Positions 11,827 through 23,900 of a stretch of 64,000 bases of DNA are shown one piece after another (position 1 is the stretch's first letter; each line of letters starts with the position of its first letter). Source of the stretch: the human T2T-CHM13v2.0 reference genome, Homo sapiens; NCBI RefSeq assembly GCF_009914755.1, contig NC_060948.1. One strand, written 5' to 3'. Under the pieces are notes generated by a model, which was given only the letters and a program-made list of their open reading frames with translations, ran no database searches and was not told the DNA's origin. Both the position numbers and the translations under genes were made by a program.

Positions 11827-14800
11827 ATGGAATGGAATGGAATGCATTGGAATGGAATGTCCTCTAATGGAATGGATTCGAGTGGAATGGAATCGAATAT
11901 AATGGAGTCGAATGAAATGGAATTGAAAGGAATGGGATCGAATAGAATGGAATATACTGGAATGTAATGTAATGAACTCGAATGTAATTGACTGGAATGG
12001 AATGTACATGAATGGAAGGTAATCGAATGGAAAGTAATCCAATGGAATAGAATCTAATGCAATAAAACCGACTCAGATAGAGTAGAATGTAATGGAATGG
12101 AGTGCAGTGCAATGGAATGGAATGGAATTGAATGCAATGGAATGGAATGGAATGGAATGGAATGGAATGGAATGGAATGGAATGGGATGGAATGGTATGG
12201 AATGGATAGTAATGGACTGGAGTGAAATGGACTGGAAAGGAATGGACTCAAATTGAAAGGGCTCGAAAGGAATGGTGTCAAATGGAATGGTCTGGAATGG
12301 AATGAACACGAATGTAATGCAGTCCAATAGAATGGAATCGAATGGCATGGAATATAAAGAAATGGATTCGAAGAGAATGGAAACAAATGGAATGGAATTG
12401 AATGGAATGGAATTGAATGGAATGGGAACGAATGGAGTGAAATTTTATGCAGTAGAAGGGAATAGAATGGAATGCAAGCGAAAGGAAAGGAATGGATTGG
12501 AATGGAATGGAATTCATTGGAATGGAAGGGAATGTAGTGTAACGGACAGGCCTGGAATAAAGTGGAATGCTACGGTCTCGAATGGAATAAAAATGTATGG
12601 AATGGAATGCAATGAAACGGAATCGAATGTCATAGAATGTAATGGAATGCAAAAAAATGGAATCCAAAATCATTGACTGGAAAGGCTGGGTGTCGAAAGG
12701 AATTGACTCCAATGGAATGGAATCGAATGGAATGGAAGTGAATAGAATCGAACTAAATCGAATGGAATGGAATTGATAGGAACGGAATGGAAAGGAATGC
12801 AATGATTTGGCATGGAATGGAATCGAATGGCATCGAATGGAATGGAATGGAATGGAATGCAATGGAATGGAATGTATTAGAATGTAATGAACTTTAATGG
12901 AATGTACTCGAATGGATTCGACTGGAATGGAACGTTCTGGAAGTGAATGGACTCCAATGGAATGGATTCAAAAGGAATGGAATTGTACGGAATGGAATCT
13001 AATGGAATGGAATTAAATGGAAATGAATCAAATTGAATAGCACGGAATTGAATTGAATGGAATGGAATGCAATGGAATCTAATGAAACGGAAAGGAAAGG
13101 AATGGAATGGAATGGAATGGGCTGGAATGGAAAGGAATCGAAACGAATGGAATGGAATCGAACTGAAGAGACTGGAATGGAATGCACTGGAATGGAAGGG
13201 AGTGTAATGGAAGGTTCTCGAAAAAAATGGAATCGAATGGAATGGAATTGAATGGAACGGAATAGAGTCGAATGGAATTGAATGGAATGGAATGGACTAG
13301 AGTGAAATGGAATCGAACCACAAGGAATGGACAGGAATAGAATGGTCTCGAATTGAATGGAATCGTATGGAATGGCATCAAACGGAATGGAATGGACAGC
13401 CACGGAATGGAATGCACTCGAATGCAATGGAGTCGAAACTAATGGACTGGAATAGAATGGACTCGACTGGTACGGACTCCAATGGAATGGAATCGAATGG
13501 AAGGGAATCGAACGGAATGGACTCGAAGGGAAAAGACTGCAATGGAAAGGTCTCGAATGGAATGGAAATTAATGGAATGGAATGGAATCGAATGAAATGG
13601 AGTCAAAAGGAATGGAATCGAATGGCAAGAAATTGAATGTAATGGAATCGCAAGGAATTGATGTGAACGGAACGGAATGGAATGGAATCCAAAGGAATGG
13701 AATAGAATGGAATGGAATCGAATGGAAAGGACTCGAATGGAAATCACTCGAATAGAATGCAATTTAATAAAATAGGATCAAATGTAATGGAATGGAATGG
13801 AAAGGAATCGAAACGAAAGGAATGGAGACAGTTGGAATGGAATAGAACAGCGAGCAATGGTATAGAATGGAATGGAATCATCTGGAATGGAATTGAATGG
13901 AATGGAATAATATGAAATGGAATGGAATGGAATGGAATGGAATGCCCTTGAATTAAATGGACTGGAATGGAATGGACTCGAACAGAGTGGAATGGAAAGT
14001 GTTGAGATAGAATGGAATGGACTCCTTTGGAATGGTGTAGTATGCAATGCAATCGACTGGCAGGGAATCAAATGGAATGTAATCGAATGGATTGGACTGG
14101 AATGCAATGGACTCGAATAGATTGCAAACGGAATGCAAAGGAATGGAATGGAATAGTATGGAATGGAATGGAAAGGAATGGAGTGGAATAGACTAGAGTG
14201 GAATGGAATGGACTGGAAAGCAATGGACTGGAATGGAACTTTCTTGAATGGACTGGAATCAAACGGAATGGAATGCAATGCAATCAAATGGCATGGAATA
14301 AAATAGAATGAAAGAGAATCAAATGGAATTGAATCGAATGGAATCGAATGGATTGGAAAGGAATAGAATGGAATGGAATGGAATTGACTCAAATGGAATG
14401 GATTCGAATGGAAGGCAAAGGAATGGAATCTATTGGAATGGACTGTAATGGAATGGAATGGAAGGGATTGGAATGGACTCGAATGGAATGGACTGCAATA
14501 GAAAGGATTCGAATGGAATGAAAAAGAATTGAATGGAATAGAACAGAATGGAATCAAATCGAATGAAATGGAATGGAATAGAAAGGAATGGAATGAAATG
14601 GAATGGAAAGGATTCGAATGGAATGCAATCGAATGGAATGGAATCGAACGGAATGGAATAAAATGGAAGAAAACTGGCAAGAAATGGAATCGAAATGAAT
14701 GGAGTGTTATGGAACGGACTCAAAAGGAATTGAATGTAATAGAATGGAGTGGAGTGGACTCGAATATAATGGACTGGAATGGAATGAAATCACATGGAAT

Positions 14801-16405
14801 GGGAACGAATGGAATGGAATGGAAAGGAATGGAATCGAATGGAAAGGAATCGAATGGAAGGGAATGAAATTGAATCAACAGGAATGGAAGGGAATAGAAT
14901 AGACGGTAATGGAATGGACTCGAATAGAATGGACACGAATGCTCAAATTGAATGGACTCGAATGGAATGGAAACGAAAGGAATGTCATCGAATGGAATTG
15001 AATCGATTGGAATGAAATCGCATAGAATGGAGTGGAATCAAATGGAATTGAATCGAAAGGAAAGGAAGCGAATGGACTGAAATGAAATGGAATGGAATTG
15101 AATGGAAAGTAATGCAATGGAATAGAATGGAACGAAATTTCACGGAATGGAATCAAACTGAATGGAATCAAATCAATGGAATCAAATCAAATGGAATGGA
15201 AAGGAATTGAATGGAGTAGATTGGATTGGATGGGATTGGAATGAAATGTACTGGAAAGGACTCGAATTTCATGAAACGGAATGGAATGAATTGGAACGGA
15301 ATGGACTCGAATGGAATGGAATGTCATGGAATGGCATCAAATGGAATGGCATCAAATGGAATGGAATCGAATGCAATGGAATGCTATGGAATGGAATGGA
15401 ATGCATTGGAATGGAATGTCCTCTAATGGAATGGATTCGAGTGGAATGGAATCGAATATAATGGAGTCGAATGAAATGGAATTGAAAGGAATGGGATCGA
15501 ATACAATGGAATATACTGGAATGTAATGTAATGAACTCGAATGTAATTGACTGGAATGGAATGTACGTGAATGGAATATAATCGAATGGAAAGTAATCCA
15601 ATGGAATAGAATCTAATGCAATAAAATCGACTCAGATAGAGTAGAATGTAATGGAAAGGAGTGCAGTGCAATGGAATGGAATGGAATGGAATGCAATTGA
15701 ATGGAATGGAATGGAATGGAATGGAATGGAATGGGATGGAATGGTATGGAATGGATAGTAATGGACTGGAGTGAAATGGACTGGAAAGGAATATACTCAA
15801 ATTGAAAGGGCTCGAAAGGAATGGAGTCAAATGGAATGGACTGGAATGGAATGAACACGAATGTAATGCAATCCAATAGAATGGAATCGAATGGCATGGA
15901 ATATAAAGAAATGGAATCGGAGAGAATGGAAACAAATGGAATGGAAATGAATGGAATGGAATTGAATGGAATGGGAACGAATGGAGTGAAATTGTATGCA
16001 GTAGAAGGGAATAGAATGGAATGCAAGCGAAAGGAAAGGAATGGATTGGAATGGAATGGAATTCATTGGAATGGAAGGGAATGTAGTGTAATGGACAGGC
16101 CTGGAATAAAGTGGAATGCTACGGTCTCGAATGGAATAAAAATGTATGGAATGGAATGCAATGAAATGGAATCGAATGTCATAGAATGTAATGGAATGCA
16201 ACAAAATGGAATCCAATATCATTGACTGGAAAGGCTGGGTGTCGAAAGGAATTGACTCCAATGGAATGGAATCGAATGGAATGGAAGTGAATAGAATCGA
16301 ACTAAATCGAATGGAATGGAATTGATAGGAACGGAATGGAAAGGAATGCAATGATTTGGCATGGAATGGAATCGAATGGCATCGAATGGAATGGAATGGA
16401 ATGCA
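11827..16405 (+). repeat. Copy 1 of 4,559 bp tandem duplication
   Basis: Private variants recur at +4559: AACGGACAGG (~12541/17100), AACGTTCTGG (~12931/17490), GTTGGAATGGAATAGAACAGCGAG (~13831/18390), a 15 bp deletion (~14395/18954) and ATATACTCAA (~15791/20350). ORFs 11864/16423, 13778/18337 and 15162/19721 are offset by 4559. Confidence 0.93.
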
Positions 16406-17109
16406 TTGGAATGGAATGTCCTCTAATGGAATGGATTCGAGTGGAATGGAATCGAATATAATGGAGTCGAATGAAATGGAATTGAAAGGAATGGGATCGA
16501 ATAGAATGGAATATACTGGAATGTAATGTAATGAACTCGAATGTAATTGACTGGAATGGAATGTACATGAATGGAAGGTAATCGAATGGAAAGTAATCCA
16601 ATGGAATAGAATCTAATGCAATAAAACCGACTCAGATAGAGTAGAATGTAATGGAATGGAGTGCAGTGCAATGGAATGGAATGGAATTGAATGCAATGGA
16701 ATGGAATGGAATGGAATGGAATGGAATGGAATGGAATGGAATGGGATGGAATGGTATGGAATGGATAGTAATGGACTGGAGTGAAATGGACTGGAAAGGA
16801 ATGGACTCAAATTGAAAGGGCTCGAAAGGAATGGTGTCAAATGGAATGGTCTGGAATGGAATGAACACGAATGTAATGCAGTCCAATAGAATGGAATCGA
16901 ATGGCATGGAATATAAAGAAATGGATTCGAAGAGAATGGAAACAAATGGAATGGAATTGAATGGAATGGAATTGAATGGAATGGGAACGAATGGAGTGAA
17001 ATTTTATGCAGTAGAAGGGAATAGAATGGAATGCAAGCGAAAGGAAAGGAATGGATTGGAATGGAATGGAATTCATTGGAATGGAAGGGAATGTAGTGTA
17101 ACGGACAGG
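16100..17109 (+). repeat. Truncated 1,010 bp DYZ1 unit produced by a duplication junction
   Basis: GGCC sites at 16098 and 17108 are only 1010 bp apart. At 16386-16405 the sequence jumps from the ...GATTTGGCATGG...GGCATCGA segment back to the ...GCATTGGAATGGAATGTCCTCT segment. Confidence 0.93.
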
Positions 17110-20100
17110 CCTGGAATAAAGTGGAATGCTACGGTCTCGAATGGAATAAAAATGTATGGAATGGAATGCAATGAAACGGAATCGAATGTCATAGAATGTA
17201 ATGGAATGCAAAAAAATGGAATCCAAAATCATTGACTGGAAAGGCTGGGTGTCGAAAGGAATTGACTCCAATGGAATGGAATCGAATGGAATGGAAGTGA
17301 ATAGAATCGAACTAAATCGAATGGAATGGAATTGATAGGAACGGAATGGAAAGGAATGCAATGATTTGGCATGGAATGGAATCGAATGGCATCGAATGGA
17401 ATGGAATGGAATGGAATGCAATGGAATGGAATGTATTAGAATGTAATGAACTTTAATGGAATGTACTCGAATGGATTCGACTGGAATGGAACGTTCTGGA
17501 AGTGAATGGACTCCAATGGAATGGATTCAAAAGGAATGGAATTGTACGGAATGGAATCTAATGGAATGGAATTAAATGGAAATGAATCAAATTGAATAGC
17601 ACGGAATTGAATTGAATGGAATGGAATGCAATGGAATCTAATGAAACGGAAAGGAAAGGAATGGAATGGAATGGAATGGGCTGGAATGGAAAGGAATCGA
17701 AACGAATGGAATGGAATCGAACTGAAGAGACTGGAATGGAATGCACTGGAATGGAAGGGAGTGTAATGGAAGGTTCTCGAAAAAAATGGAATGGAATGGA
17801 ATGGAATTGAATGGAACGGAATAGAGTCGAATGGAATTGAATGGAATGGAATGGACTAGAGTGAAATGGAATCGAACCACAAGGAATGGACAGGAATAGA
17901 ATGGTCTCGAATTGAATGGAATCGTATGGAATGGCATCAAACGGAATGGAATGGACAGCCACGGAATGGAATGCACTCGAATGCAATGGAGTCGAAACTA
18001 ATGGACTGGAATAGAATGGACTCGACTGGTACGGACTCCAATGGAATGGAATCGAATGGAAGGGAATCGAACGGAATGGACTCGAAGGGAAAAGACTGCA
18101 ATGGAAAGGTCTCGAATGGAATGGAAATTAATGGAATGGAATGGAATCGAATGAAATGGAGTCAAAAGGAATGGAATCGAATGGCAAGAAATTGAATGTA
18201 ATGGAATCGCAAGGAATTGATGTGAACGGAACGGAATGGAATGGAATCCAAAGGAATGGAATAGAATGGAATGGAATCGAATGGAAAGGACTCGAATGGA
18301 AATCACTCGAATAGAATGCAATTTAATAAAATAGGATCAAATGTAATGGAATGGAATGGAAAGGAATCGAAACGAAAGGAATGGAGACAGTTGGAATGGA
18401 ATAGAACAGCGAGCAATGGTATAGAATGGAATGGAATCATCTGGAATGGAATTGAATGGAATGGAATAATATGAAATGGAATGGAATGGAATGGAATGGA
18501 ATGCCCTTGAATTAAATGGACTGGAATGGAATGGACTCGAACAGAGTGGAATGGAAAGTGTTGAGATAGAATGGAATGGACTCCTTTGGAATGGTGTAGT
18601 ATGCAATGCAATCGACTGGCAGGGAATCAAATGGAATGTAATCGAATGGATTGGACTGGAATGCAATGGACTCGAATAGATTGCAAACGGAATGCAAAGG
18701 AATGGAATGGAATAGTATGGAATGGAATGGAAAGGAATGGAGTGGAATAGACTAGAGTGGAATGGAATGGACTGGAAAGCAATGGACTGGAATGGAACTT
18801 TCTTGAATGGACTGGAATCAAACGGAATGGAATGCAATGCAATCAAATGGCATGGAATAAAATAGAATGAAAGAGAATCAAATGGAATTGAATCGAATGG
18901 AATCGAATGGATTGGAAAGGAATAGAATGGAATGGAATGGAATTGACTCAAATGGAATGGATTCGAATGGAAGGCAAAGGAATGGAATCTATTGGAATGG
19001 ACTGTAATGGAATGGAATGGAAGGGATTGGAATGGACTCGAATGGAATGGACTGCAATAGAAAGGATTCGAATGGAATGAAAAAGAATTGAATGGAATAG
19101 AACAGAATGGAATCAAATCGAATGAAATGGAATGGAATAGAAAGGAATGGAATGAAATGGAATGGAAAGGATTCGAATGGAATGCAATCGAATGGAATGG
19201 AATCGAACGGAATGGAATAAAATGGAAGAAAACTGGCAAGAAATGGAATCGAAATGAATGGAGTGTTATGGAACGGACTCAAAAGGAATTGAATGTAATA
19301 GAATGGAGTGGAGTGGACTCGAATATAATGGACTGGAATGGAATGAAATCACATGGAATGGGAACGAATGGAATGGAATGGAAAGGAATGGAATCGAATG
19401 GAAAGGAATCGAATGGAAGGGAATGAAATTGAATCAACAGGAATGGAAGGGAATAGAATAGACGGTAATGGAATGGACTCGAATAGAATGGACACGAATG
19501 CTCAAATTGAATGGACTCGAATGGAATGGAAACGAAAGGAATGTCATCGAATGGAATTGAATCGATTGGAATGAAATCGCATAGAATGGAGTGGAATCAA
19601 ATGGAATTGAATCGAAAGGAAAGGAAGCGAATGGACTGAAATGAAATGGAATGGAATTGAATGGAAAGTAATGCAATGGAATAGAATGGAACGAAATTTC
19701 ACGGAATGGAATCAAACTGAATGGAATCAAATCAATGGAATCAAATCAAATGGAATGGAAAGGAATTGAATGGAGTAGATTGGATTGGATGGGATTGGAA
19801 TGAAATGTACTGGAAAGGACTCGAATTTCATGAAACGGAATGGAATGAATTGGAACGGAATGGACTCGAATGGAATGGAATGTCATGGAATGGCATCAAA
19901 TGGAATGGCATCAAATGGAATGGAATCGAATGCAATGGAATGCTATGGAATGGAATGGAATGCATTGGAATGGAATGTCCTCTAATGGAATGGATTCGAG
20001 TGGAATGGAATCGAATATAATGGAGTCGAATGAAATGGAATTGAAAGGAATGGGATCGAATACAATGGAATATACTGGAATGTAATGTAATGAACTCGAA

Positions 20101-20964
20101 TGTAATTGACTGGAATGGAATGTACGTGAATGGAATATAATCGAATGGAAAGTAATCCAATGGAATAGAATCTAATGCAATAAAATCGACTCAGATAGAG
20201 TAGAATGTAATGGAAAGGAGTGCAGTGCAATGGAATGGAATGGAATGGAATGCAATTGAATGGAATGGAATGGAATGGAATGGAATGGAATGGGATGGAA
20301 TGGTATGGAATGGATAGTAATGGACTGGAGTGAAATGGACTGGAAAGGAATATACTCAAATTGAAAGGGCTCGAAAGGAATGCAGTCAAATGGAATGGAC
20401 TGGAATGGAATGAACACGAATGTAATGCAATCCAATAGAATGGAATCGAATGGCATGGAATATAAAGAAATGGAATCGGAGAGAATGGAAACAAATGGAA
20501 TGGAAATGAATGGAATGGAATTGAATGGAATGGGAACGAATGGAGTGAAATTGTATGCAGTAGAAGGGAATAGAATGGAATGCAAGCGAAAGGAAAGGAA
20601 TGGATTGGAATGGAATGGAATTCATTGGAATGGAAGGGAATGTAGTGTAATGGACAGGCCTGGAATAAAGTGGAATGCTACGGTCTCGAATGGAATAAAA
20701 ATGTATGGAATGGAATGCAATGAAATGGAATCGAATGTCATAGAATGTAATGGAATGCAACAAAATGGAATCCAATATCATTGACTGGAAAGGCTGGGTG
20801 TCGAAAGGAATTGACTCCAATGGAATGGAATCGAATGGAATGGAAGTGAATAGAATCGAACTAAATCGAATGGAATGGAATTGATAGGAACGGAATGGAA
20901 AGGAATGCAATGATTTGGCATGGAATGGAATCGAATGTCATCGAATGGAATGGAATGGAATGCA
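16386..20964 (+). repeat. Copy 2 of 4,559 bp tandem duplication
   Basis: Same private variants as copy 1. Normal unit order (GCAATGGAATGGAATGTATTAG) resumes after 20964. Confidence 0.93.
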
Positions 20965-23900
20965 ATGGAATGGAATGTATTAGAATGTAATGAACTTTAA
21001 TGGAATGTACTCGAATGGATTCGACTGGAATGGAATGTTCTGGAAGTGAATGGACTCCAATGGAATGGATTCAAAAGGAATGGAATCGTACGGAATGGAA
21101 TCTAATGGAATGGAATTAAATGGAAATGAATCAAATTGAATAGCACGGAATTGAATTGAATGGAATGGAATGCAATGGAATCTAATGAAACGGAAAGGAA
21201 AGGAATGGAATGGAATGGAATGGGCTGGAATGGAAAGGAATCGAAACGAATGGAATGGAATCGAACTGAAGAGACTGGAATGGAATGCACTGGAATGGAA
21301 GGGAGTGTAATGGAAGGTTCTCGAAAAAAATGGAATCGAATGGAATGGAATTGAATGGAACGGAATAGAGTCGAATGGAATTGAATGGAATGGAATGGAC
21401 TAGAGTGAAATGGAATCGAACCACAAGGAATGGAGATGAATAGAATGGTCTCGAATTGAATGGAATCGTATGGAATGGCATCAAACGGAATGGAATGGAC
21501 AGCCACGGAATGGAATGCACTCGAATGCAATGGAGTCGAAACTAATGGACTGGAATAGAATGGACTCGACTGGTACGGACTCCAATGGAATGGAATCGAA
21601 TGGAAGGGAATCGAACGGAATGGACTCGAAGGGAAAAGACTGCAATGGAAAGGTCTCGAATGGAATGGAAATTAATGGAATGGAATGGAATCGAATGAAA
21701 TGGAGTCAAAAGGAATGGAATCGAATGGCAAGAAATCGAATGTAATGGAATCGCAAGGAATTGATGTGAACGGAACGGAATGGAATGGAATCCAAAGGAA
21801 TGGAATAGAATGGAATGGAATCGAATGGAAAGGACTCGAATGGAAATCACTCGAATAGAATGCAATTTAATAAAATAGGATCAAATGTAATGGAATGGAA
21901 TGGAAAGGAATCGAAACGAAAGGAATGGAGACAGATGGAATGGAATGGAACAGAGAGCAATGGTATAGAATGGAATGGAATCATCTGGAATGGAATTGAA
22001 TGGAATGGAATAATATGAAATGGAATGGAATGGAATGGAATGGAATGGAATGCCCTTGAATTAAATGGACTGGAATGGAATGGACTCAAACAGAGTGGAA
22101 TGGAAAGTGTTGAGATAGAATGGAATGGACTCCTTTGGAATGGTCTAGTATGCAATGCAATCGACTGTCAGGGAATCAAAAGGAATGTAATCGAATGGAT
22201 TGGACTGGAATGCAATGGACTCGAATAGATTGGAAACGGAATGCAAAGGAATGGAATGGAATAGTATGGAATGGAATGGAAAGGAATGGAGTGGAATAGA
22301 CTAGAGTGGAATGGAATGGACTGGAAAGCAATGGACTGGAATGGAACTTTCTTGAATGGACTGGAATCAAACGGAATGGAATGCAATGCAATCAAATGGC
22401 ATGGAATAAAATAGAATGAAAGAGAATCAAATGGAATTGAATCGAATGGAATCGAATGGATTGTAAAGGAATAGAATGGAATGGAATGGAATTGACTCAA
22501 ATGGAATGGACTAGAATGGAATGGATTCGAATGGAAGGCAAAGGAATGGAATCTATTGGAATGGACTGTAATGGAATGGAATGGAAGGGATTGGAATGGA
22601 CTCGAATGGAATGGACTGCAATAGAAAGGATTCGAATGGAATGAAAAAGAATTGAATGGAATAGAACAGAATGGAATCAAATCGAATGAAATGGAATGGA
22701 ATAGAAAGGAATGGAATGAAATGGAATGGAAAGGATTCGAATGGAATGCAATCGAATGGAATGGAATCGAACGGAATGGAATAAAATGGAAGAAAACTGG
22801 CAAGAAATGGAATCGAAATGAATGGAGTGTTATGGAACGGACTCAAAAGGAATTGAATGTAATAGAATGGAGTGGAGTGGACTCGAATATAATGGACTGG
22901 AATGGAATGAAATCACATGGAATGGGAACGAATGGAATGGAATGGAAAGGAATGGAATCGAATGGAAAGGAATCGAATGGAAGGGAATGAAATTGAATCA
23001 ACAGGAATGGAAGGGAATAGAATAGACGGTAATGGAATGGACTCGAATAGAATGGACACGAATGCTCAAATTGAATGGATTCGAATGGAATGGAAACGAA
23101 AGGAATGTCATCGAATGGAATTGAATCGATTGGAATGAAATCGCATAGAATGGAGTGGAATCAAATGGAATTGAATCGAAAGGAAAGGAAGCGAATGGAC
23201 TGAAATGAAATGGAATGGAATTGAATGGAAAGTAATGCAATGGAATAGAATGGAACGAAATTTCACGGAATGGAATCAAACTGAATGGAATCAAATCAAT
23301 GGAATCTAATCAAATGGAATGGAAAGGAATTGAATGGAGTAGATTGGATTGGATGGGATTGGAATGAAATGTACTGGAAAGGACTCGAATTTCATGAAAC
23401 GGAATGGAATGAATTGGAACGGAATGGACTCGAATGGAATGGAATGTCATGGAATGGCATCGAATGGAATGGCATCAAATGGAATGGAATCGAATGCAAT
23501 GGAATGTTATGGAATGGAATGGAATGCATTGGAATGGAATGTCCTCTAATGGAATGGATTCGAGTGGAATGGAATCGAATATAATGGAGTCGAATGAAAT
23601 GGAATTGAAAGGAATGGGATCGAATAGAATGGAATATACTGGAATGTAATGTAATGAACACGAATGTAATTGACTGGAATGGAATGTACATGAATGGAAG
23701 GTAATCGAATGGAAAGTAATCCAATGGAATAGAATCTAATGCAATAAAACCGAATCAGATAGAGTAGAATGTAATGGAATGGAGTGCAGTGCAATGGAAT
23801 GGAATGGAATTGAATGCAATGGAATGGAATGGAATGGAATGGAATGGAATGGAATGGTATGGAATGGATAGTAATGGACTGGAGTGAAATGGACTGGAAA

